DNA of 53,367 nt from IMG/VR virus record IMGVR_UViG_3300034158_000030, positions 1-53,367 of that record, one strand, 5' to 3'. The position numbers and the translations under genes were made by a program. This DNA is from a virus (lineage: Duplodnaviria; Caudoviricetes). This document shows positions 8,837 through 18,536 of this stretch, one piece after another. The notes under the pieces were generated by a model that did no database searches, was not told where the DNA came from, and saw only the letters and a program-made list of their open reading frames with translations. Within the stretch, counting starts at the first letter, position 1. Every line of letters starts with the position of its first letter.

Positions 8837-9754
8837 CTACAGCTCGGGCTCTTGGTATTCCATGTCGCCACCGGCCGCGATAGGATCGGCAGCGCTGTCG
8901 CCAACATCTTCAGGCGTTGGAGCGTCCGCCTCATCCTCCTCGACAGGCTCAGGGGTCTTGATGGACTCCTCGGCCAGCTTACCGGAATAATAAGGGATGA
9001 TCTTGAGCAACGGGTTTTCCCACTTGCTCAGCGGCGGCAGCTCGATAGGCTCGTCGATATGGTAACGGTTTTTCGACACGTTGCCCGCCACGCCATGCAC
9101 GACCAGTTGGCGAGTACCGTCCGAGAGAGCCTTGCCGGCCTTGCTGACGTTCTTGTCTTCACGGGCGCCACGAACGAACTTTTGCAGACAGATAAAGCCG
9201 ACCATGTCGACGTTGTCGACCCACGGGGCCTGGCTGTGCTTGCTCAATCGCAGGTTGTAGCGGCTGTAGTTCTCGCCATCGGGCGGCTCTACGGTGTCAG
9301 TGGTGGCGTGACCGATGACGATAACGGCAATCCCCGCGTCATTGATATGCCCGAGCATTTCCCGGATGTCGACGTGCATCTTGCCTAGGGCCTTCACGCC
9401 AGCGCCGAAGCCGCCGCACGCCTGGTTGATCGACAGAGGGTTGTTCGGGTCATTGGCGACGATATGCTTTTCGAACATCGTTTCGGCTTGGGTGATACTG
9501 TCAATGATCAGCGTCTTTTTGCCGTGCTCTTTACGCTTGGCGTACACCCAGCGCAATTGCTGCTTCAGGTCTTCAACGGTCTTGACCATCGGCATGATCG
9601 CCGGACGGCGGTCTACAGGAACGGACTCGATGCCGTCCTCAAGGCGGATAATGATCGACTTCGGGAACATGGAGGCCAGAATGGTTTTACCCATGCCAGG
9701 CTCGGAAAACAGGGTGATAAACGGCGGCCGTGGTGACGCGTTTTCGATAATCAT
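8837..9754 (-). CDS. Sak4-like/AAA_24 ATPase (single-strand annealing)
   Basis: EPGMGKT Walker A, LIIDSIT, VIGH and SKNRY motifs; acidic tail. Confidence 0.85.
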   Translation of the reverse strand: MIIENASPRPPFITLFSEPGMGKTILASMFPKSIIIRLEDGIESVPVDRRPAIMPMVKTVEDLKQQLRWVYAKRKEHGKKTLIIDSITQAETMFEKHIVANDPNNPLSINQACGGFGAGVKALGKMHVDIREMLGHINDAGIAVIVIGHATTDTVEPPDGENYSRYNLRLSKHSQAPWVDNVDMVGFICLQKFVRGAREDKNVSKAGKALSDGTRQLVVHGVAGNVSKNRYHIDEPIELPPLSKWENPLLKIIPYYSGKLAEESIKTPEPVEEDEADAPTPEDVGDSAADPIAAGGDMEYQEPEL

Positions 9755-9795
9755 TTTGCTTGCCCTCCAGGGCGCTTGTCGTGTTGACGGGGCGA

Positions 9796-9879
9796 ACTTT
9801 AAGCACGATTCGGAATAACGTCAACTCCTTTTTTGAATTCTTTTTTTGGGTTGGATATCTCGATATCTCGCTATATACT
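9796..9879. promoter_or_regulatory. Divergent promoters for the replication genes
   Basis: Minus strand TTGACG-N17-TAAAGT (9824-9796). Plus strand TTGGAT-N17-TATACT (9851-9879), whose spacer is filled with TATCTCG repeats. Confidence 0.65.
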
Positions 9880-9906
9880 CGCGGCACTTTGAACGGAGCT
9901 GTAAAG

Positions 9907-12270
9907 ATGCCTATTAGAGAAGCCTACGATTTTCTCGAAGCTGAACACCGTATTTTCGGCCTGCACGGTGGCAATGACGATGGGTCCTGCGGATGCGGAT
10001 ACCCGGAGTGCAAGGCGGCCTATAAGCACCCGATTGCCAGCAACTGGCAAGTGACGCCAGACTGGTCTGATGAGCAGTTAGAAGGCATGGAGGAAATGGG
10101 CCAGCTCGATACGGGCTACGGCGTGCTCGTTAAAGGCCTTCTAGTCGTGGACGTGGACGCCCGCAACGGCGGCGTAGACGCTTATCACAATCTGGTCAAC
10201 CGCTTGGGCGTTGACCTGGCCGCAACCTCGGGGCTGACCGTACAGACCGGTTCGGGGCAGGGAAGTATGCACGTCTACTATAAGGCGCCCGAAGGGGTCA
10301 GCCTCGTGCAGAACCATAAGGACTTCAAGGGGATTGACTTCAAGTCATCCGGGTTCGTTGTCGGGCCAGGCTCGATGCACTCCAGCGGCAACCGCTACCA
10401 GATCCTCTTTGGCAGCCCTCACGAGATTGGCGACGCGCCCCAAGAGCTGATCGACCTGCTTCGGCGTCCCGATGCGTTCCGCGCCGACTGTAACGGCGCG
10501 GTCATGGACGTGACCGGCGACGACCTCGCCCACATGCTCAAGCACTGCGACTTCGACTGCGACCGGCCGACCTGGATCAACATAGGCATGGCGCTTCACC
10601 ATGCGACCGGGGGCTCAGGCTTCGATCTGTGGAACGACTGGAGCTCGAAGGGCGAGAAGTACCCCGGAGCCCCGAACCTGCGCAACCAGTGGGATCGCTT
10701 CGGCAAGTCAGCCAACCCCGTGACGCTAGGCACCCTCATCTATCACGCCGAGGCGGGCGGCTGGGAGGAGTCGGTAGAGTTCGTGCCGTCGACGTGGTTT
10801 GAGGAGGAGCTTCCAACCGGCGAAGACGTCAAGCCAGTTGACAATGACGAACCTGAACCTGTCGCGCTAGACGGCAATGAGGCGCCAAAGGCCAAGAAAG
10901 GGGCGACCCGGCACCCGTTCCACGTCAACGGCATTGACCTGCTGCGTCCGCCTGGATTCGTTGGCGAGGTGTGTAAATGGATCAACGACCAATCGCGCTT
11001 CCCTCGGGAGAACCTGGCCGTGGCGGCGGCGCTGGTGTCCATGTCCAACGTGGTCGGCCTCGGATGGACAGACGACATCGACGGCGTGACAGCCAACCTC
11101 TTTGCAATGTGCGTGGCCGGGTCCGCGACGGGGAAGGAAGCGATCATGCAGTCAATTAACACTATTCACCAGGCGGCCGGCATTCAGCGGGCGACCGTGG
11201 GCTCCATCAAGTCCGAACAGGAAATCATTCGCAACCTGATCGACAATCAGGCGGCGTTCTACGTTATCGACGAATTCGGGATATTGCTCAAGACGATTAC
11301 GACCTCGAAAGAGGCGTACCACTCCGGCGTCATCGGCGCCCTCATGTCGGCCTACTCGAAGGCGAACAGCTTTATGCCGATGAACGGCGACACTAAGCGG
11401 GAGGTTCGCAAGGCCCTGCTTGGCGAGCTCAAGTCGTGCAAAAAGGCCGTGATGGAAAACGAGGACCCAACCGGGGGCATTCAGCGCCGAGTCCCGCACC
11501 TGGAGCGCGCCCTTGAGTCCATCGACAGCGGCCTCGAAAAGCCTTACCTGTCGCTGATCGGCTTCACCACTCCCGTGACCTTTGACAGCCTCGTGACACC
11601 CGAGCAGGCGACCAACGGGTTTATTGGTCGGTCAATCATCATCAGCGAAAAAGAAACGAACCCACGGGCCAAGAAGGGGTTCAAGGCTGGCCGCATGGGT
11701 GACCGCCTGGCTCTGACCTTGCGCGCCCTGTACGACCGGGGCACCTGTGACGTTGAGGCGCACCGTGTCGAATGGTACGGCGAGCGGTCGCAGATCCGCA
11801 CCGAGCACGAGGCTCGGGACATGCTGGACATGGTCGCGGACTGGGCCTACACGGAGGCCGAGCGGCACAAGGAGTTCTCGGGCCTGGAGGCGATCCCCCG
11901 TCGAGCGCGTGAAATGGTCTCGAAGATAAGCCTAATCCTGGCAGTGCCGTCGGGCCTGCGGACCGCAGAGCACGTCCGGTGGGCCTATGCGTTCGTTGAG
12001 CGGGACATCCGGGAAAAAACCATGCTTGCCTACGCCAACGAAAACGAGGAGTCGTCGCCGGCCGCAGCCGTCAAGGCTCGAATCGTCAACATGCTGGGCG
12101 ACGGGCACAGCGAGACGCTCGGGGTCGTTATCAACCGCTGCAAGAAGTGGAAGCGCGAAGACGTCGAGAAGGTCATCAAGGTGCTTGTCGAGAACGGCAC
12201 GCTGACCCAGGAGACGACCCGCAACCCGACGAACGGCAAGGAGACCATTCGCCTGTCAATTAAGGAATAG
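9907..12270 (+). CDS. Bifunctional primase-polymerase (Prim-Pol, PriCT-2) with a C-terminal helicase-like domain
   Basis: CGCG..C..KHP, VVDVD, TGSG..SMHVYY, WINIGMAL, GSATGKE and IDEFG motifs. Confidence 0.88.
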   Translation: MPIREAYDFLEAEHRIFGLHGGNDDGSCGCGYPECKAAYKHPIASNWQVTPDWSDEQLEGMEEMGQLDTGYGVLVKGLLVVDVDARNGGVDAYHNLVNRLGVDLAATSGLTVQTGSGQGSMHVYYKAPEGVSLVQNHKDFKGIDFKSSGFVVGPGSMHSSGNRYQILFGSPHEIGDAPQELIDLLRRPDAFRADCNGAVMDVTGDDLAHMLKHCDFDCDRPTWINIGMALHHATGGSGFDLWNDWSSKGEKYPGAPNLRNQWDRFGKSANPVTLGTLIYHAEAGGWEESVEFVPSTWFEEELPTGEDVKPVDNDEPEPVALDGNEAPKAKKGATRHPFHVNGIDLLRPPGFVGEVCKWINDQSRFPRENLAVAAALVSMSNVVGLGWTDDIDGVTANLFAMCVAGSATGKEAIMQSINTIHQAAGIQRATVGSIKSEQEIIRNLIDNQAAFYVIDEFGILLKTITTSKEAYHSGVIGALMSAYSKANSFMPMNGDTKREVRKALLGELKSCKKAVMENEDPTGGIQRRVPHLERALESIDSGLEKPYLSLIGFTTPVTFDSLVTPEQATNGFIGRSIIISEKETNPRAKKGFKAGRMGDRLALTLRALYDRGTCDVEAHRVEWYGERSQIRTEHEARDMLDMVADWAYTEAERHKEFSGLEAIPRRAREMVSKISLILAVPSGLRTAEHVRWAYAFVERDIREKTMLAYANENEESSPAAAVKARIVNMLGDGHSETLGVVINRCKKWKREDVEKVIKVLVENGTLTQETTRNPTNGKETIRLSIKE

Positions 12271-12330
12271 TTACTTGACAATGTAGACTCTTAGCGGAGA
12301 CACTAAGCCCTCACTTTTGAGGGCTTTTTT

Positions 12331-12843
12331 GTGGCTAGGATTTTTATTGATGTTCACCAGGACGGCACTTTTACCACTGGACCATTCCACGGATGCCCGA
12401 AGGCTCACGCGGCCAATCAAGACGGCGGCGTCATTACCTACATGAGCGACGACGTAGTTTTTCGCGATATAGAGCCGTTCGGGATTGTCTTTCGCCGCCA
12501 CACAATCGCGGCAAAGCTCGCATTCGGCCCTCTCGGTCGATGGTCGGGCGACTGGCGCAAGTGGGGCGCGTTCTGCATAAATAAGTGGGGCGCCTGGTTC
12601 GAGCGGGTTGAATGCGGCGCACGCCGCGCAAGGTTGCCATCGGCAGACGACAAGATCGACCAGCGAGCGCTCGGTATCATCACCAGGGCGCGCAAAATCC
12701 TGCTGAGCGTGCTGCGCAACCGGATGCGGGATGAGAGCCCCGAGTCGATCAGAAGGGCGATCACCAGGCTGTCAGAAAGCGGCGCAATATCCGTCATATC
12801 CGACTGCGAAGGCTCAGGAGTGACGGTTATTCTTGTCAATTAG
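12331..12843 (+). CDS. Hypothetical protein, possible C-terminal winged helix
   Basis: 170 aa ORF between the primase and the repeat region; IRRAITRLSESGAI resembles a wHTH end. Confidence 0.5.
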   Translation: MARIFIDVHQDGTFTTGPFHGCPKAHAANQDGGVITYMSDDVVFRDIEPFGIVFRRHTIAAKLAFGPLGRWSGDWRKWGAFCINKWGAWFERVECGARRARLPSADDKIDQRALGIITRARKILLSVLRNRMRDESPESIRRAITRLSESGAISVISDCEGSGVTVILVN

Positions 12844-12960
12844 CTGTCAAGTGGCTGGGCGCTTTTCAGGCCGAAACGGCAAAAGTTGACACCGTCCAGG
12901 CGGCGCGGTAGGTTCGAGGTAAGTCTCCTGCGGCGGCGTCGTCAGGCTGGTTAACCCCCT

Positions 12961-13305
12961 TATTGCTAGGGGTACATATCCCGAGATATCTAGTAGATAT
13001 CCAGTTGATAGACCAGGAAACAAAGGACATAGCGAGATAGCGAGATATCTACCGGCACCCCCACATAGCCGGATTCGCAAAACTCCTCGGATATTTCGAT
13101 ATCTCGATATGTACCTCGGAAAGCCTAGTGTTTGCGCTGGTTTGACGGAATAACACACACGGATAACTCCCGGATATCTCGGATATCTCGCCCAAGGGCG
13201 GGATGGATAAGCTTCCAATTGCGCGCGCGATTAAGAGATTTTCTAGTATTAATCTCTATAGGAGAATAATAGAGGTATCAATTTTCTATTCTTATAAGTA
13301 GAATA
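12961..13305. repeat. Putative replication origin: GATATC(TCG) iteron cluster plus AT-rich tract
   Basis: Six GATATC and several one-off variants in 12975-13190, followed by an AT-rich stretch at about 13230-13305; no credible ORF. Confidence 0.65.
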
Positions 13306-13331
13306 TGCGTACACAATCAGGAGGTCTAACG

Positions 13332-13631
13332 ATGTCTCTGCGGTCTGAGTTATTTGAAGCAGTAAGGGCGGCATTGTTCGCCGGGGGCGTATCGCAAAAA
13401 GCGCTCTCCAGGTCGATGGGCGTAAACCAGTCTGAGCTGAGCAAGATCAAGCGCGGGCATGACGCCCTGTCGATTGAGAAGCTGATCGTTATCGGAGGTG
13501 CGCTCGGGGTTGGCTTGAAGTGGCAGATAGGGAAGTGTGAGCCGGTCCCGGTAGCCTCGCCCTCGGATGGTATGGATGGTTTTTCGAGGTCGCTCCGTGT
13601 GGCCGATGGATTTTTTGGGGAGGTTGAGTGA
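13332..13631 (+). CDS. XRE-family HTH regulator
   Basis: VSQKALSRSMGVNQSELSKIKRG; AGGAGG SD. Confidence 0.8.
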   Translation: MSLRSELFEAVRAALFAGGVSQKALSRSMGVNQSELSKIKRGHDALSIEKLIVIGGALGVGLKWQIGKCEPVPVASPSDGMDGFSRSLRVADGFFGEVE

Positions 13632-14014
13632 TGGACAAAGAGAATCTGGTAAAGCTGGCGATGTATCACCGTGGTCGGGCCAACCGCATGACGGTGTGCG
13701 CTAATAGCCCTGCGCTCTCGTGTGGTCAGCGAAAGGCGTTCAAGGTGCTGGCTGACGCCGCATGGGGCTCGGTAGCGTCCCTGATGGCTCAGGCTCGTTA
13801 TGAGGCGGGCATGGTCAAGCGACAGAAGTACCTGATCAGTCGCGAGTTCATGGCGGTTGCAACGGTCCATGCGCTGACCCGTGATGAGGCCGGCCAGCTC
13901 TATGAGGATCAGTGCGCCCTTGAGGGCATTGAGTGCGACTCGTACCTTTTGGGTCAGCCCATGGGCCAAGTGCAAGGGCCTAGCCGTTTCGCAGCGTGGG
14001 GCGCCATCCTGTGA
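13631..14014 (+). CDS. Hypothetical protein
   Basis: ORF coupled to both neighbours. Confidence 0.6.
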   Translation: MDKENLVKLAMYHRGRANRMTVCANSPALSCGQRKAFKVLADAAWGSVASLMAQARYEAGMVKRQKYLISREFMAVATVHALTRDEAGQLYEDQCALEGIECDSYLLGQPMGQVQGPSRFAAWGAIL

Positions 14015-14238
14015 GCCCTACTGTAGCGGCGCTGAGGGCTACCCTAGGCGATGCCATAGGTTACATGCTTAAAACGTCTGGAATGAGCCAGCAGGAGGCC
14101 GCAACGGCATGCGGAGTGCATCAGACGAACGTGTCTGCGGCTATCCGGGCAAAAAGCTGCACAATTGAAAAGCAAATCGACCTGCTGTCGGGTCTTGGCT
14201 ATCGGGTTGAACTGAGGGTTATCAAGAATGAAAACTAA
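14011..14238 (+). CDS. XRE-family HTH protein
   Basis: MSQQEAATACGVHQTNVS...LLSGLGYRVELRV. Confidence 0.8.
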   Translation: MSPTVAALRATLGDAIGYMLKTSGMSQQEAATACGVHQTNVSAAIRAKSCTIEKQIDLLSGLGYRVELRVIKNEN

Positions 14239-14875
14239 TACCACTCCATACTGCGCGCTGATCGGCAAAGAGGTGACTATTTCCATCAAGCGGCCGGAGC
14301 CGGTGCGGGCGGACATGTTCGTGATTGATGAGCTGCCGTTTATCGAGCATGCGCCTGGCAATGAGCGGTCTATCAGTTTTGAGCGGCCGGAGGGTGTCAA
14401 GTGGTTTGACGCGGTCCCGAGTGCTGATGGTCTGTCGGTTGAGTTCTATGATCTGCCGGAGCCGGCAGGTGTATCCATCGGGTATATGGGTCCGTTCCCG
14501 GTGTGCCCGGAGGAGGAGGTAACCCGCCGTCTGGAGTGGGATTTGTTCTATCCGTCGGGGTCGGTGTCGGTTGTTCGGGATGAGCCGGAACCGAAGATGC
14601 GTGACGTGGTTGTTATTGGTCATGGTCGAGGGCAGCCAGTGCGGAATGGGGTTATGGCAGCCCTCCTTGCAGCGCTTGGGGCGACTGGGCAGCGGGTCCT
14701 TTACGTGAGCGATGGGCAGCATAGGGCGTTCCGCTCTATCGGGGTCGATCCCGACTACATGGAGATTGTCCGGCCATTCCAGTTCGCCGAAGGGGTTAAC
14801 CCGGTTAAGAGCAAGCATCGGGGCCTGGACGTATCGCATCGTAGTCGTGCCGGAAAAGCTAACCGCTGGCGTTAA
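14228..14875 (+). CDS. Hypothetical protein
   Basis: 215 aa coupled ORF. Confidence 0.65.
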   Translation: MKTNTTPYCALIGKEVTISIKRPEPVRADMFVIDELPFIEHAPGNERSISFERPEGVKWFDAVPSADGLSVEFYDLPEPAGVSIGYMGPFPVCPEEEVTRRLEWDLFYPSGSVSVVRDEPEPKMRDVVVIGHGRGQPVRNGVMAALLAALGATGQRVLYVSDGQHRAFRSIGVDPDYMEIVRPFQFAEGVNPVKSKHRGLDVSHRSRAGKANRWR

Positions 14876-14946
14876 AAAGTGCTTGAGCCTGGGGGATGGT
14901 TTATGCCATGATCCAGGCTCACTTTATTTGTTGATTTGGGGGATTC

Positions 14947-15120
14947 ATGCAGGGCACTGGCGCAGCTAACTTTGAGAAGAAAGGCAAGACAAAGGGCTAT
15001 CAGGAGAATGCTGAGCAGGCACGCAAGCGGAACATTCGTATGCGTCGCGAGCGGCTTCAAAAGCGGCGCATGTGTCATATCAACCCGGAGAACATCGTCG
15101 CAGCGGATGAGCTCAAGTGA
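14947..15120 (+). CDS. Small basic hypothetical protein (57 aa)
   Basis: Hand-translated MQGTGAANFEKK...ADELK; G-rich SD; stop overlaps the next start. Confidence 0.55.
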   Translation: MQGTGAANFEKKGKTKGYQENAEQARKRNIRMRRERLQKRRMCHINPENIVAADELK

Positions 15121-15554
15121 ACCGCCTGTCGTTGTCGTGGGAGGGCGAGCTCATCGACTCCGTCCATGGCGACCTAGTCGAGTGGCGCGACGTTGAGAAG
15201 CTTGTAGAGGAGCTTGAGGCGTATCGCGCTGCGGCTAAGCCGGCAACGACAGGCACTGTATGCAAAGGCCGGTTCGGCTATGTCAACGGCGCAGACGCTC
15301 AGAAGTTCCTGGCGGGCGAGCGGTCCACTGTGACGGTCTCGCGCATGTCAACCGTCAAGCGCTCAATGCCTCTCTACTTCCCTGATAGCCCAGTCAAGTT
15401 CGTTAAGCCTGGAGTGGGCGACGCCTGCTACCACAAGGGCGCCAGGGTGACCTGCAAGGAGTGGACTCGGAAAGGCATCATCGTCGTCTACCCGGACGGC
15501 AAATGCGTGAATACAAGCTCATGGGAGTTAAAGCGGGATGGGGATGCACGTTAA
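15117..15554 (+). CDS. Hypothetical protein
   Basis: Coupled ORF. Confidence 0.6.
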   Translation: MNRLSLSWEGELIDSVHGDLVEWRDVEKLVEELEAYRAAAKPATTGTVCKGRFGYVNGADAQKFLAGERSTVTVSRMSTVKRSMPLYFPDSPVKFVKPGVGDACYHKGARVTCKEWTRKGIIVVYPDGKCVNTSSWELKRDGDAR

Positions 15555-15723
15555 ATTGGCTCATAAAATTGGTGACACTGAGCTGCCTTATGAGCTACCT
15601 TGCGAAGTCGTCGTGATGAACGCCGACAATGCTGTAGTTCAAATTCAAATGGCTGCGGACGGGATGAGCAAGACTCGCACCGTTCAGGCTGATCAGGTTT
15701 ATTTCAAGCTGGAGGCTGCATGA
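15544..15723 (+). CDS. Hypothetical protein
   Basis: Coupled ORF. Confidence 0.55.
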   Translation: MHVKLAHKIGDTELPYELPCEVVVMNADNAVVQIQMAADGMSKTRTVQADQVYFKLEAA

Positions 15724-16013
15724 AAGAGGGTTGCATGGGCATAAGCGTCATCGTCCCGGTGACGCAGGTTATCCGCCTGGATCGGCTGCCGGCCAAGAAC
15801 CGCACAAAGAGCGTCAACGCGGCGATTGATCTGTACCTTGACGTTCAGGAGGGTCCGGTGGGCAGCAACTGCTATGGCGTTGATTGCGATTATTTCCGGG
15901 AAAAGCTGCGCACCCTGATACGCGACATCGGCTCATATGGCCCTGAGGGGCTTAGTCGTGCCTTCGCAAGGCTTAGCGTAACGGCTGGAGGGGTCATTGA
16001 TGAAAAAGTTTGA
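15720..16013 (+). CDS. Hypothetical protein
   Basis: ATGA coupling; GGAGG SD. Confidence 0.6.
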   Translation: MKEGCMGISVIVPVTQVIRLDRLPAKNRTKSVNAAIDLYLDVQEGPVGSNCYGVDCDYFREKLRTLIRDIGSYGPEGLSRAFARLSVTAGGVIDEKV

Positions 16014-16347
16014 AGTCGTTAAGGCTCGGCACGGGCGAGCTGTCTACTGGGTCGAGCGAGTGGCTGCGAACCCGATGGCTATGATCCACACCAAGGCCAA
16101 GGCCGAGAAGGTCGCCAAGGCTTTCAGTCGCCACGTTGAGCACTGGAGCGCCGTCACACGGTCCGGCATGACCATCGTTACCCTGGAGCTTCGCCCGATC
16201 CGTGACGGTGGCCCGTATTTCCGTGCGGTCGGCGGCATTGACTGGCGTGAGGATGGCGTGACAGCCGAGGACCTCAGCCTAGCCATGGATCACTTGCAGC
16301 GCGACGCCTATAGAGCCTTGGCACGCCATGCAATCGGCCCCCATTAA
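16000..16347 (+). CDS. Hypothetical protein
   Basis: GGAGG SD; overlaps the previous gene. Confidence 0.6.
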   Translation: MKKFEVVKARHGRAVYWVERVAANPMAMIHTKAKAEKVAKAFSRHVEHWSAVTRSGMTIVTLELRPIRDGGPYFRAVGGIDWREDGVTAEDLSLAMDHLQRDAYRALARHAIGPH

Positions 16348-16437
16348 AAAGTCGGTCTGGTGGGTTTACCTGCCAGGTCAAAAACCCTTCACCATGGGCG
16401 GATCGCCCATGACACACCAAGAGGCACAGGACATCGT

Positions 16438-16665
16438 ATGGACGATTTGGGCAACGACGGACAAGAGCAAGATCCAGGTCCAATAGATCACTGGGTCAAC
16501 TTCAAGACGCGCCGGGTCCGCATGGGTCGCGGGGAGGGGCAGCATGCGGCAGCACTGGCGGACGGGTTCAAGAAGGTCACGCAGAAGCATTTTGTCAGCT
16601 ACCTTGACAAGGCCCGCAACGGGTTCCGCCGCAAGCCGAAGGCCAAGGGGGCGCGGCATGTATAA
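16438..16665 (+). CDS. Hypothetical protein
   Basis: AGGA SD; MDDLGNDG... Confidence 0.55.
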   Translation: MDDLGNDGQEQDPGPIDHWVNFKTRRVRMGRGEGQHAAALADGFKKVTQKHFVSYLDKARNGFRRKPKAKGARHV

Positions 16666-16876
16666 CGGCAAGCGCGGGGCGCTATGGGTCGAAGGCGTCC
16701 AGCACGTCGAGCGCGAGATAGGGCTCGCACAGGGCGAGGAGGCGCGAGGTGTGGCCGACCGCATGCTAGCAGCCCTGGATCAGGCGGAAAGGCCTCGGGA
16801 GTACGCAGGGGGCGTTAGAGACGCATGCGAGGCTGTACTCAAGGCCCTGGAAGCGCAGGCCGTTGAAGTCGGCTGA
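16658..16876 (+). CDS. Hypothetical protein
   Basis: MYNGKRGALW..., overlapping the previous stop. Confidence 0.55.
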   Translation: MYNGKRGALWVEGVQHVEREIGLAQGEEARGVADRMLAALDQAERPREYAGGVRDACEAVLKALEAQAVEVG

Positions 16877-16997
16877 CAGACGGTATATCAACATTTATTG
16901 ATATAGCCCGGTTTAAGTAAAATAATACTTGACCGGGCTTTTTTGTGTGCGTACAGTTCGTGTCAAGCAACTAGACAAACAAAACGGAGTAAATGAC

Positions 16998-17180
16998 ATG
17001 ACCGCAACCATCAAGAAAGAAGCTCAGGACGTACAGGTTGGCGAAACCGTTTTCACCGCTGCGGGCAACTGGGCGGAAGTAACCGCGATCACCTGCACCG
17101 CTGGTGGGCTGGTAGTGATGTCCCTCAAGGACCACTGCCCTTGCCACTGGCACAAGACCGAGACCGTCCAGGCCCGCTAA
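16998..17180 (+). CDS. Hypothetical early protein
   Basis: Promoter TTGACC...TACAGT at about 16929-16957; GGAG SD; hairpin terminator after the gene. Confidence 0.65.
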   Translation: MTATIKKEAQDVQVGETVFTAAGNWAEVTAITCTAGGLVVMSLKDHCPCHWHKTETVQAR

Positions 17181-17246
17181 CCTACCCCGCCAACCTCAAG
17201 CCCCTTAAATGGGGCTTTGCCAGCACCAGACATTGAGGTTTTGACC

Positions 17247-17684
17247 ATGACCAGCAAGCAAGAGGCAATCGGGATCATTAAGTCGATGGGCGGGACGGAT
17301 GTCGGCGAGCGCGACGGCCGCAGCGGTACCACCCTGTCGGTTTCGGTTGGCGCAAATCGGTTTCACCTGCTTGAGTGCGAGTGGACGCGGCCTGAGGAGT
17401 CCTTGCGCGGGACGATAGGCGCGCTACTCTGCTGGGCTGAGCGCCACGAGGCAGCTCGCAAGGGTGAGGGGTCCGCCGTGACGGTATCAGTCTCCCGCCC
17501 AGCGCCCAACCCAAGCGCGAAGCGGCCACCAGTCGTGATGGACGTCAAGCGGCCTGACAACTGGACGCCGCTACGCTGCCCTCTGTGCGATATGCCGGAC
17601 TCAGGGCGCAAGGGTTGGGGATGGCTGCTGTCATACGTGGCGGTCATCGCTGTGACATTTTTTTACTGCAAGTTCTTTATGTGA
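17247..17684 (+). CDS. Hypothetical protein with CxxC and a C-terminal TM helix
   Basis: GAGG SD; CPLC; hydrophobic C-terminus. Confidence 0.6.
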   Translation: MTSKQEAIGIIKSMGGTDVGERDGRSGTTLSVSVGANRFHLLECEWTRPEESLRGTIGALLCWAERHEAARKGEGSAVTVSVSRPAPNPSAKRPPVVMDVKRPDNWTPLRCPLCDMPDSGRKGWGWLLSYVAVIAVTFFYCKFFM

Positions 17685-17699
17685 CCGGGGAGTCAGAAA

Positions 17700-18461
17700 A
17701 TGGAAAAAGCAACGATATTCGGTATTACCAAAGACCTTTTACGTCCAGACGATGCGCGCAGAGAGGTGACCTCGGACATCGCCCAGCGCGCATGGTTACT
17801 CGGCATGATCCGCCAGGAGTCGCTCCGGTATATGGGTGGCATTGCGTGGGCGCACTTGAGGGGCGCGATTCAAAGCCTGACCGGGATCACGCCGGAAAAG
17901 GTCCGCCTACTGCGTGAGCAGACCGGCGAGGGGCTCATGGCCTGCAAGAAGGCGCTAACGGCTGCGGGCGGTGATATGGAGGCTGCAAAGGAGCGGCTGC
18001 GCACGCAGGGGCAGGCGGTTGTTCGTCGTCCGGTTCAATCGCCAAGCCTGAGGGTTCAGCATGTCGACAGGGTCGGCTCTATCGAGTGGCCAGCCGACAA
18101 CCCCATGCCTGACATGCGCCAGGCCCACCGGCAGATCCGGGAGAATGAGGACGTTTATCAGAGCTACTTGATGACGGGCGATCCCGTTACGCGTGATCGG
18201 CCTAGCGATCCGTTTATGGTGATTGCGCCACGCGCGGCCATGGTCGCACAGGCCTCGCTTATGCAGTCGGCAATGCCGGCTCTTACCAGCATCGCCATGA
18301 CCGCAACTGATGTCATGTTGGCGCGCCAGGAGGCTGAGGCCCGGATTCGGCGGGCAATTCTAGAGGCTTATGACCGAGGCTACTCGGACGGCCAGAGCAA
18401 CCCGAACGGCCACAGCGATGAATCAGAGCGTGGGCGCGTAGTCGTCGAGTCTATGGCTTGA
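17700..18461 (+). CDS. Mosaic protein containing an EF-Ts N-terminal (UBA-like) domain
   Basis: ITPEKVRLLREQTGEGLMACKKALTAAGGDMEAAKERLR matches the EF-Ts signature LRxxTGxGxxxCKKAL...GD. Confidence 0.8.
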   Translation: MEKATIFGITKDLLRPDDARREVTSDIAQRAWLLGMIRQESLRYMGGIAWAHLRGAIQSLTGITPEKVRLLREQTGEGLMACKKALTAAGGDMEAAKERLRTQGQAVVRRPVQSPSLRVQHVDRVGSIEWPADNPMPDMRQAHRQIRENEDVYQSYLMTGDPVTRDRPSDPFMVIAPRAAMVAQASLMQSAMPALTSIAMTATDVMLARQEAEARIRRAILEAYDRGYSDGQSNPNGHSDESERGRVVVESMA

Positions 18462-18536
18462 GCGCGCCCTAAAAGCCTTGCAACCAACGCCAGGCCCGCC
18501 GTATGATGCGGCGGGTCAACCAATTGGAGATAGGAA

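Noticed and set aside
12961-13200. Mini-CRISPR array
   Set aside because: Repeats are 6-9 bp, irregularly spaced and in both orientations; there is no repeat-spacer periodicity and no cas gene.
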